Of a stretch of 32,000 nt of DNA, positions 1 to 7,704 are shown piece by piece. Numbering within the stretch: the first letter of the stretch is position 1; each line of letters opens with the position of its first letter. The DNA comes from Telmatocola sphagniphila (GTDB lineage Bacteria > Planctomycetota > Planctomycetia > Gemmatales > Gemmataceae), in assembly GCF_018398935.1 (NCBI RefSeq), contig NZ_CP074694.1, forward strand, positions 2,550,001 to 2,582,000. Direction: 5' to 3'. The position numbers and the translations under genes were made by a program. A model generated the notes under the pieces. That model made no database searches, was not told where the DNA came from, and was given only the letters and a program-made list of their open reading frames with translations.

Positions 1-396
1 ATCCAGTAATTTGCCATACTGCGCTTCGAACTTGGGCAGACCTTTTTGCCCTTCCACCGATTCATTCGCTCCGTAATCGATAATTATGGTCGTCGGCTTC
101 CATTCCAGAGTGATTTCTACGAGCCTCTTAAACCCCTGATCGACCGAATCAAATGCCGCTCGGGATTCTCCCCACACGGTATCAGCAGACCAGCCGAAAT
201 TCCGGAACTTCAAATTCTTGTCTGGGAACTGTGCCGTGAGGGCGGCTTCCCAATGGCCGTAGCGTTGCTCCCGTTCAATGATGGTACTGCCGATCAGCAC
301 AATGCGTTCTTCTTTATTGAGAGGGATCGGTTCGGCGGCCAGTAATGGAGAAACCGGGAATGCAAAGAGGCAAAAGCCGAGCAGAAACGTTTTCAT
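1..396 (-). CDS. Secreted SGNH/GDSL-family hydrolase (lipase/acylhydrolase-like). Only the N-terminal 132 codons are present; the 3' end runs off the window
   Basis: Absent from the ORF track because there is no stop inside the window. My translation of the minus strand from ATG (396-394) is MKTFLLGFCLFAFPVSPLLAAEPIPLNKEERIVLIGSTIIEREQRYGHWEAALTAQFPDKNLKFRNFGWSADTVWGESRAAFDSVDQGFKRLVEITLEWKPTTIIIDYGANESVEGQKGLPKFEAQYGKLLD. This gives a signal peptide plus SGNH-like block I (VLIGSTI), block II (NFGWSADT) and block III (DYGANE). The frame stays open to nt 1. Confidence 0.7.
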   Translation of the reverse strand, partial: MKTFLLGFCLFAFPVSPLLAAEPIPLNKEERIVLIGSTIIEREQRYGHWEAALTAQFPDKNLKFRNFGWSADTVWGESRAAFDSVDQGFKRLVEITLEWKPTTIIIDYGANESVEGQKGLPKFEAQYGKLLD

Positions 397-503
397 ATAT
401 CCCAGCCTGAGAGAGATTGTTATCGCCAGTCGATGATAACAAATTAGCGGATTCCGAATAGTTTTCGATGTTCGATTATGGGCATTGCTTCCCGAAATCG
501 CAA

Positions 504-1409
504 TCATGTTTTGCTCGAATATCGCCAGCCGAGTGCAAAAAGAATGAAGGCTCCCCCGATCCAGATGGAAATCGGATTGGTTTCCCCGAAGGCCAGCCAG
601 ACCCAGAGGGGATTGAGAATCGGCTCGAGCAGAGTGATAAACCCCGCTTCTTGCGGCGAGAGTTTCTTGAGTCCTCTCGCGAAAAAGTAGTAGGAGAACC
701 CCATTTGCACGGCCCCGAAACAGGCCAGGAAAACGAATTGGTTCAATGTAGGCCCGGTGAACCAGGCCAGAAACTCATCCACGCCAGAAAAAATGATGAC
801 TCCCAGTCCCAGGCAAATTCCACTCCCGAGTTGATTGAGTAGAGTCAGCCAAATCGAAGACTGGCCGCGTAAATAGCGGAGGCAGCAAATCACCAGGGCG
901 TAAAGAACGCCGCTCCCAACCGCCATCAAGGTGACCAAGGGGGTCTTGCTATCGGCGGAGGTGAAACCGCTGAACACAATTATCAACACGCCGACCATGG
1001 CCATGAGGATTGCCCGCCAGGTCTTCCGATCGGCCTCCTCCCCCATGAAATTGACGCCGATCAAATAGACCAGAAACGGGGCCATGTATTGCAGAAAAAT
1101 CGTTGCGGCCGCCGATCCTAAGGCCATCGAGGACAAAAACAGCGCATTCATGCCCGCAAAAATTGCGACCATGATCGGCATGATCGGGCGAAATTTCATG
1201 TCTTTTCGCGACAGGAAGGGAATCAGAAACAGGCCAGCAAAAATGGCGCGGAAAAATGCCATCTGGATGGGCGAAATGGGGGTTTCATTGAGGTTAAGGA
1301 AAGTATCCTTCTGAAGTAAACGGGTAAAGAGCCCGCTGAAACTCCAGAGTACCGCTGCCGCCAGGCAGAAAATTCGCCCCTGGCGACGGTCTTTAGCCAA
1401 ATCATCCAT
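504..1409 (-). CDS. EamA/DMT-superfamily (drug/metabolite) transporter
   Basis: 301-aa ORF, almost entirely hydrophobic, with about 10 predicted TM segments in a two-halves layout. It contains EamA-like stretches (GRIFCLAAAVLWSFSGLFTRLL; GSGVLYALVICCLRYL). Confidence 0.8.
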   Translation of the reverse strand: MDDLAKDRRQGRIFCLAAAVLWSFSGLFTRLLQKDTFLNLNETPISPIQMAFFRAIFAGLFLIPFLSRKDMKFRPIMPIMVAIFAGMNALFLSSMALGSAAATIFLQYMAPFLVYLIGVNFMGEEADRKTWRAILMAMVGVLIIVFSGFTSADSKTPLVTLMAVGSGVLYALVICCLRYLRGQSSIWLTLLNQLGSGICLGLGVIIFSGVDEFLAWFTGPTLNQFVFLACFGAVQMGFSYYFFARGLKKLSPQEAGFITLLEPILNPLWVWLAFGETNPISIWIGGAFILFALGWRYSSKT

Positions 1410-1700
1410 GAACTCGTCCTTGTAAATTTGACTAAATCATTAGATAAATGGGTCGGAATTCGTACAGATTAGGCGGTCAAATCGGGCATATCCCCTCCAA
1501 ATTATCGCTCCACCTCAAATTTGTTTATTGCTGTAGCTTACCGACATCGTTACTTGCAAAGTTCTGCCAATAATTGAAAATTTTTTCGTGACAAAGATCG
1601 TACTTAGAGTATACAGTTGGTCGATGAATCGAATGCGTCACTGGCATTCGGGGGTAGGGAAAGGACGAAAATGACCAAGAGTAAGAAGCCAGGCAAACAG

Positions 1701-1727
1701 GTGGTTTTTGAAGTTCGCAAAAACCAC
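1701..1727. promoter_or_regulatory. Perfect 10-bp inverted repeat / hairpin in the 428-bp region upstream of gene 1838-2731
   Basis: GTGGTTTTTG (1701-1710) pairs with CAAAAACCAC (1718-1727) around a 7-nt loop AAGTTCG. An 8-bp palindrome GAGCGCTC follows at 1737-1744. Function is unknown. Confidence 0.3.
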
Positions 1728-1837
1728 TCTGCGAGGGAGCGCTCTGCCAGCTGGTTAGAATTGCTCTTGGGAATTCGGAAAGTGCCGGTTAAAGTCCGCA
1801 CTACGGATCAGAAGTAGGTTCTTAAAGAATTGATCGC

Positions 1838-2731
1838 ATGATGCGGTTACGTTTCAGCCTGATGCTGCTTGCAGCCCTTATTTGCCAGAGTCATCTCCAG
1901 GCCCAGGAAGATGATCCATCCCAAATTGACTTTTTCAAAGCACTCAATCTCGCTCCCTTGGCTAGCCAGCAGGATCGCTTTCAGATTTACGAATCGGCTA
2001 ATAACGAAGGCCTGCTACAAAATCTGTCCAACAACCGGACCAACGATTTTAATTTCAACAACACCAGTCCAAATGGCAGCGTCGCCTCCCTTTATAGTCT
2101 GGGAAACGGGGCGATCCGAGACCTCGGTCGAATCAACGTTAAGCAGGAATCTTATCTACCGGCCACCTACGTGAAATCCAAACTGGAAGTACCAGATACT
2201 CTCACGACGGATCGAAGCGTACCCTACACCAGCAACAACTGGAAAGCGGACGAGCTTCTCAAACTGACACTGCCGGAATTCGAAACAGTGTTCATTTTCG
2301 GCCAGTTCACCGGTAAGGGAGATTACGTCCGCAATACCGATGCTGATATTACTGGCAAAACGGGGGTTGGAGTGAAATTTAACCCGCTGCCCGAAACGGA
2401 GCTTCAATTTCGTACCGGACGCCAGTTGAGCATTACCGATTTGACTTCCGCAGTGCTGGACCACAGTCAGTTCATGATGGAAGTCCTGGCCAAGATGCCC
2501 TTACCGGTACCCATGCTGGACGCCTTTAAACTTCAGCTCGAGTATACCGGCTCCGCCCTGGCGGCTCCAACTCCTGCCGACCGTAGCACGATTAAGCAGG
2601 ATTTGCGAATCGTCTTTCCGGTAGGTAAATCGAATGAGTTCTACTTGGGAGCCAAGTACAAGTACGATTTCTCGAACACCCCCTGGATCGACCGCAGCGA
2701 AATCTACGTCGGCGTCACCATAAAGCATTAG
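1838..2731 (+). CDS. Secreted hypothetical protein, possibly an outer-membrane beta-barrel
   Basis: 297-aa ORF with a Sec signal peptide (MMRLRFSLMLLAALICQSHLQA/QEDD). The C-terminal half has alternating hydrophobic/polar strands (LQFRTGRQLSI, LQLEYTGSAL, FYLGAKYKYDF, EIYVGVTIKH). I recognise no family. Confidence 0.6.
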   Translation: MMRLRFSLMLLAALICQSHLQAQEDDPSQIDFFKALNLAPLASQQDRFQIYESANNEGLLQNLSNNRTNDFNFNNTSPNGSVASLYSLGNGAIRDLGRINVKQESYLPATYVKSKLEVPDTLTTDRSVPYTSNNWKADELLKLTLPEFETVFIFGQFTGKGDYVRNTDADITGKTGVGVKFNPLPETELQFRTGRQLSITDLTSAVLDHSQFMMEVLAKMPLPVPMLDAFKLQLEYTGSALAAPTPADRSTIKQDLRIVFPVGKSNEFYLGAKYKYDFSNTPWIDRSEIYVGVTIKH

Positions 2732-2841
2732 TACATCCTCTTCTCGGTCTCCCTTTCAGCATTTGCTTCCACTTTTTAATCAGTCCGGAACTTGACCTAT
2801 CCCACCTAGAATGGGGTAACTGCCAATTTTCGGAGAACCCT

Positions 2842-3843
2842 ATGAGTCACGAATTCCATTTTCTTTCCAGCCAGGATAACCCACTGGAAAACCCCCAGCC
2901 CCCCGTAGAGATGGAAGAGGCCGAAGCTCTCGATGCCTTTTCCAAAGTGGTCGTACGCGTCGCAGAACAATTACGACCAGCGGTTGTGAACTTGCGCGTG
3001 GGACGGGGCCAGCAGTCGAGTAGCGGATCGGGCGTATTATTTTCGTCCGAAGGCTATCTGCTCACAAACCATCACGTCGTCGCGGATTCCCGCACGCTAC
3101 GCGTTCGATTACACGATGGCCAGGAAGTCTCCGGCGAAGTGATCGGTAACGATCCCTGGACCGATCTCGCACTGGTACGGGCCAAGGGCGAGAAATTTCC
3201 TTTTGCCGCCCTCGGAGATTCCGCCAAACTTCGCGTCGGTCAACTGGTGTTAGCCATCGGCAGTCCCCTCGGTTTCGAATCGACTGTTACTGCCGGGGTA
3301 GTGAGTGCCGTGGGCCGGACGCTGCGGAGCATGAGCGGCCATCTGGTGGATAACATCATTCAAACCGATGCGGCCTTGAACCCGGGTAACTCGGGAGGAC
3401 CGCTGGTCGATAGCCAGGGGCGGGTCGCGGGGATAAACACGGCGGTCATTCAGCCGGCTCAGGGCATCTGCTTTGCCATTCCCATCAATATGGCTCGAGA
3501 TATTATCCCTTCGTTACTGAAACATGGCCGCGTCATTCGCGGCTATCTGGGATTGCACGGCCACCGCATCCCCATACCTGCTCAATTGGGGCGAGAAGTG
3601 GGAATTGAAATGGGGAGCGGCGTCGAGGTTCTGGGTATCGAAGATAGCAGCCCTGCCGAACGGGCCGGGATCTATCCAGAAGATATTATCGTGGGGATTG
3701 GCGAAGAATCGGTATCGAGTGTCGACGACCTCCACCGCTTTCTGACCCAGCACCCGGTTGGCGAGAAAATCGTGATTGAGGTGCTCCGCAACCGCCGACG
3801 GCTGCAATTGACCGCGGTGCCTACCGAAGCCCCAAGACGATAA
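2842..3843 (+). CDS. HtrA/DegP-family (S1C) trypsin-like serine protease with one PDZ domain
   Basis: The catalytic-triad motifs occur in S1C order: GYLLTNHHVV (His), WTDLALV (Asp), NPGNSGGPLV (Ser). The C-terminal part is PDZ-like (GVEVLGIEDSSPAERAGIYPEDIIVGIG). GGAG lies 6 nt upstream of the ATG. No N-terminal hydrophobic leader is visible. Confidence 0.9.
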   Translation: MSHEFHFLSSQDNPLENPQPPVEMEEAEALDAFSKVVVRVAEQLRPAVVNLRVGRGQQSSSGSGVLFSSEGYLLTNHHVVADSRTLRVRLHDGQEVSGEVIGNDPWTDLALVRAKGEKFPFAALGDSAKLRVGQLVLAIGSPLGFESTVTAGVVSAVGRTLRSMSGHLVDNIIQTDAALNPGNSGGPLVDSQGRVAGINTAVIQPAQGICFAIPINMARDIIPSLLKHGRVIRGYLGLHGHRIPIPAQLGREVGIEMGSGVEVLGIEDSSPAERAGIYPEDIIVGIGEESVSSVDDLHRFLTQHPVGEKIVIEVLRNRRRLQLTAVPTEAPRR

Positions 3844-4016
3844 ATGCTTATTCGTTTGGATTTCACTCCATTCGAATCGGGAGTGGGATTTCTGATTCCC
3901 GTTAAAATGCGTTGGTCGCCCACCAATCCACTGCCTAGTTTGTTTACATAAGAAATTGTTGCCCGACAATTTGGCTGCTCTGCAATAAACAGCTTGGTTG
4001 CATCCATTTTAAGAGA

Positions 4017-6038
4017 ATGAAATCTATGAAAATCCGTTACGTCGCGACCGGAGCGATACTCCTGGGCTTGTCTGCCTTTGCCGCGGAACCCACACTGAAA
4101 TCCGGTATCGATAAGAGCACGTTCGACACGGCCGTTCGTCCCCAGGACGATCTGTACCTCAACGTCAACGGCAACTGGATGAAAACGTCCCAGATTCCTG
4201 GTGATAGACCTGCCATCGGAGCCTTCTTCGATCTTCGGGATCTTTCCGAGAAACGTCTTTTGGGAATTATCGAAGAAGCCGCTAAGATCAAGGACAATCC
4301 GGATGCCAAGAAAATTGAAGACCTCTACGCCACTTTCATGGACGAGGCCGAAGCTGAAAAATTGGGCCTCAGCCCGATTCAACCCGAACTCCAAATCGTT
4401 TCGAGTATCAGCGATAAAACCAGCCTCGTAAAGGCACTCGCCGCCCTCCAGAAAATTGGCATTCCGGGCCTGTTTGGCAGTTCGGTCCGAACCGATTCCA
4501 AAAAATCGGATCAGTACATCGTCTACGTCGGCCAGGGTGGGCTGGGATTGCCGGGAGAATCGTACTACCGCGAGCCGAAGTCAGAAAAGATTCGCAAAGC
4601 CTATGTGGCTCACATCGGCAAAATGCTGACGTTGGCCAAATTTCCCAGTCCGGAGAAGACCGCCGAGCGCATCATGGCGATGGAAACGGCAATTGCCAAA
4701 GGCCACTGGGATAACGTCCGCAACCGAGACGCGGACCAGACGTACAACAAAGTAACTCGCGCTCAGCTGAAAGCTCTGGCCGGCGACTTGAATCTCGATA
4801 CCTGGTTTGAAGGAATGGGTCTGGGAGAAATCAAGGAACTGATCGTTGCACAACCCAGCTATCTCACCGATTTGTCCAAAGTTGTCGATCAGTATTCTCT
4901 CGACGATTGGAAGCAATACCTCACCTGGCGAATTCTGGGCACCCGCGCATCCCTGCTTTCCAAAGATTTCGTCCAAGAAAACTTCGATTTTTATGGCAAG
5001 ACGCTGCAGGGAACTCCCGAAATGCAACCTCGCTGGAAGCGCGGCGTTGCTCTTGTGGAAGAGTCGATGGGGGAAGCGGCCGGAAAACTCTACGTCGCCA
5101 AGTACTTCCCCCCGGCAGCCAAAGAGAAGATGAAGATCCTGGTGGCCAATCTGATAGAAGCCTACCGGGTCGATATCAAATCGCTCGACTGGATGTCACC
5201 GGAAACCAAGGTGAAAGCGCTCGATAAGCTTTCGAAATTTACTCCCAAGATCGGATATCCGGATGTCTGGCGCGATTACACCAAACTGGAAATCAAGCGT
5301 GGTGATCTGGTCGGTAATGCCCGCCGCGCTGCCGAGTTTCGGCTGAATTATCAGCTGAACAAGCTCGGCAAGCGGGTGGATCGCACCGAATGGGGTATGA
5401 CGCCACAGACTGTGAATGCTTATTACAATCCAGGGTTGAACGAAATCGTCTTCCCGGCCGCCATCCTCCAGCCGCCGTTCTTCGATTTGAATGTGGATGA
5501 TGCCGTGAACTACGGAGGTATCGGTGCAGTGATAGGTCACGAAATCGGACACGGTTTCGACGATCAGGGTGCCAAGTATGACGGCGACGGGAATTTGAAG
5601 GATTGGTGGACGGCCGAAGACAAAAAGGAATTCCAGAAACGCACCAAAATGCTGATCGCCCAGTACAACGCCTTCGAACCCAAGCAACTCCCGGGCTTGC
5701 ACGTGAACGGGGCTTTGACCATCGGCGAGAACATTGGAGATCTGGGCGGCCTAACCATCGCCCATAAAGCCTACATGATCTCCCTGCAGGGTAAGCCTTC
5801 CCCGGTGATTGACGGAATGACCGGACCGCAACGTCTGTTCATAGGCTGGGCCCAAGTCTGGCGATCCAAGTACCGCGATGAAGCCTTGAGCCGGCGCTTG
5901 GCAACAGACCCGCACTCACCCTCAGAATTCCGCTGCAATGGCGTGATTCGAAATTTAACTGAGTTCTACGACGCGTTCGGAGTCAAAGAAGGGGACAAAC
6001 TTTGGCTTCCCAAAGAGGAACGTGTGAGAATCTGGTGA
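4017..6038 (+). CDS. M13-family zinc metallopeptidase (PepO / neprilysin / endothelin-converting-enzyme-like), secreted
   Basis: 673 aa with signal peptide MKSMKIRYVATGAILLGLSAFAAEP. It has the HEXXH zinc site (VIGHEIGHGFDDQG), the third-ligand motif GENIGDLGG, NAYYNP, and the C-terminal WLPKEERVRIW tail typical of M13. Confidence 0.92.
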   Translation: MKSMKIRYVATGAILLGLSAFAAEPTLKSGIDKSTFDTAVRPQDDLYLNVNGNWMKTSQIPGDRPAIGAFFDLRDLSEKRLLGIIEEAAKIKDNPDAKKIEDLYATFMDEAEAEKLGLSPIQPELQIVSSISDKTSLVKALAALQKIGIPGLFGSSVRTDSKKSDQYIVYVGQGGLGLPGESYYREPKSEKIRKAYVAHIGKMLTLAKFPSPEKTAERIMAMETAIAKGHWDNVRNRDADQTYNKVTRAQLKALAGDLNLDTWFEGMGLGEIKELIVAQPSYLTDLSKVVDQYSLDDWKQYLTWRILGTRASLLSKDFVQENFDFYGKTLQGTPEMQPRWKRGVALVEESMGEAAGKLYVAKYFPPAAKEKMKILVANLIEAYRVDIKSLDWMSPETKVKALDKLSKFTPKIGYPDVWRDYTKLEIKRGDLVGNARRAAEFRLNYQLNKLGKRVDRTEWGMTPQTVNAYYNPGLNEIVFPAAILQPPFFDLNVDDAVNYGGIGAVIGHEIGHGFDDQGAKYDGDGNLKDWWTAEDKKEFQKRTKMLIAQYNAFEPKQLPGLHVNGALTIGENIGDLGGLTIAHKAYMISLQGKPSPVIDGMTGPQRLFIGWAQVWRSKYRDEALSRRLATDPHSPSEFRCNGVIRNLTEFYDAFGVKEGDKLWLPKEERVRIW

Positions 6039-6057
6039 CGATTCGGTAAACATAGTC

Positions 6058-6091
6058 GACTGCGGGTAGTTTCCATTCGCTACTCGCCGTC
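6058..6091 (+). terminator. Possible stem-loop terminator after the M13 peptidase gene
   Basis: GAC-t-GCGGGTAG (6058-6069) pairs with CTACTCGC-c-GTC (6080-6091). That is 8 bp including one G-U, a 1x1 mismatch, then 3 bp, with a 10-nt loop. It starts 20 nt after the stop codon. No U-tract follows, so support is weak. Confidence 0.3.
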
Positions 6092-6360
6092 CAAAACTTT
6101 ATGATATCCTTGTGTTTTACGAGTTACTGTTTTTGGATGAATGAACCTAGAGTAAATTGGCTCTTGGCCAGGATGTTTTAGCTTTCAATTCACTGGCGGG
6201 CTTCCTTTGAGGATACCTGCTAGCATCTCTCCCTCTCGAAACAGTTTTTTAAATCCCAGATATTTTTCTGTTCCGCGATCCGCAAAGCTCCTTACCCTTT
6301 TCTTCGCTTTAAGGGGGAGACTCCGATCCGGGACCGACTCAGGTAGTCCTCACGGCCAAG

Positions 6361-7476
6361 ATGCAAAATCGCACCCATCGCTTACCCTGCATCGACGGTC
6401 TCCGGGCTCTGTCGGTACTGAGTGTAATCCTTTGTCACTATCGGCTTCTCTCCTCCGAACCCAGCTCTCCAATGGCGACTCAAGTTACTTTCTATTTGGG
6501 TCGACCTTTGGGAGTGCTTTGCTTTTTTGTGATCAGCGGCTTCCTGATCACACATCTGTTGAGAATTGAACTGGAACGAACTAGTCACATCAGCTTAAGA
6601 AATTTCTATATTCGTAGAGTCCTAAGAATTTTTCCTCCGATGTATCTCTACCTCGGGATAGTCGTTCTGCTGAAACTGCTGGGTGAAATTCCCCTGGGAA
6701 TCCCCAACTTCATCGCGGCCTTATTTTTTCTTTCGGATTACACCTGTTTTTTTCTGCCCGAGTCAAGTTCCGACTGGGTGATCGCTCACTTTTGGTCCCT
6801 GTCAGTCGAAGAGCAGTTTTACTTTCTTTGGCCTCTGGCTTTCCTCCTCCTGAAACCTCGCAAAGCGGCTATTTTGTGCTTTATTATTATCGGCCTGTCT
6901 CCGATCCTGAGGTTCGCGACCTATTTTCTGTTCGTTGAACAGCGAAGTTATTTGACTTCCATGCTCCATTGCACGGCCGATCCACTATTGATTGGCTGCC
7001 TGCTTGCATTGCTGGCGCAAGGGGCCCGGTTTAATCTAATTCTCAATCAATGCTCTTACAGTCTTTATCCGACCGCCGCCTTCGGAATTTTGCTGCTGGT
7101 TTCCCCGCTTCTGGTCCTGGCCGCGGGAAATTATTATTGGTTCAGTCTGGGGATTCCACTGAATAGCGCGGCCGTCGCTTTTTTGATTTCGTGGTTCATC
7201 CGCTATCCGAGTAGTCGCGTCGGGGTACTGCTGGAATCTCGACCGTTTCGCTACCTCGGCCAGCGATCGTACGGCCTCTACCTCTGGCAGGAACTGATTC
7301 TTTCGAATTACTTCGATGGAACTTGGCTCGCGATTACTCCCATCAATTTTTGCACAATCCTACTTATTGCGGAATTCTCCTATCAAACCGTCGAACGACC
7401 ACTGATAAAATTGCGATCTCGCTATCGAAAAAAAAATGAGGCAAACCTTGAGAGCCACTATGAGCCTAAATGTTGA
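6361..7476 (+). CDS. Acyltransferase family 3 (OafA/NolL-like integral-membrane O-acyltransferase)
   Basis: 371 aa and polytopic. Family hallmarks present: IDGLRALSVLSVILCHY, FFVISGFLITH, HFWSLSVEEQFYFLWPL, SYGLYLWQ. Confidence 0.9.
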   Translation: MQNRTHRLPCIDGLRALSVLSVILCHYRLLSSEPSSPMATQVTFYLGRPLGVLCFFVISGFLITHLLRIELERTSHISLRNFYIRRVLRIFPPMYLYLGIVVLLKLLGEIPLGIPNFIAALFFLSDYTCFFLPESSSDWVIAHFWSLSVEEQFYFLWPLAFLLLKPRKAAILCFIIIGLSPILRFATYFLFVEQRSYLTSMLHCTADPLLIGCLLALLAQGARFNLILNQCSYSLYPTAAFGILLLVSPLLVLAAGNYYWFSLGIPLNSAAVAFLISWFIRYPSSRVGVLLESRPFRYLGQRSYGLYLWQELILSNYFDGTWLAITPINFCTILLIAEFSYQTVERPLIKLRSRYRKKNEANLESHYEPKC

Positions 7477-7704
7477 AACTCAAAAATTCCAGAAAATTGG
7501 ATTCCACTCATTACTGACCGCCAACTTTTGGGTACATTGACCTTTACTAATGTAAGCCCTTAGCCCTACCGGTGGAGATGAAACGTGAAAGCTCAACACG
7601 AAATCAATCTGCTTCTGCTGGCTCTGAAAAATGGCTTCGTTTCACCAGAAGGACTTGAAAAACTCCAGTCGGAATGGTCTTTTAAGAAGGCTGATTGAGT
7701 TGGC

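Noticed and set aside
46-345. 99-aa plus-strand ORF from the track at the left edge
   Set aside because: The opposite strand encodes a far more convincing protein (1-396). It has a signal peptide and SGNH-hydrolase blocks. The plus-strand product has no recognisable features.
3864-3885. Short hairpin CACTCC-N10-GGAGTG after the HtrA gene
   Set aside because: It has only a 6-bp stem and no U-tract. That is too weak to call a terminator.
6207-6569. 120-aa ORF overlapping the start of the acyltransferase gene
   Set aside because: It is out of frame with the well-supported acyltransferase-3 gene. The product is Ser/Arg/Pro-rich with no features.
7585-7698. 37-codon GTG ORF (VKAQHEINLLLLALKNGFVSPEGLEKLQSEWSFKKAD) in the convergent spacer
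   Set aside because: It faintly resembles the G-x-I/V-T/S-x-E-Q-L helical motif of MshEN/T2SSE_N-type domains and has GGTGGAG upstream. However, it is very short, has a non-ATG start and has no other support. It may be a gene remnant, and I cannot call it.
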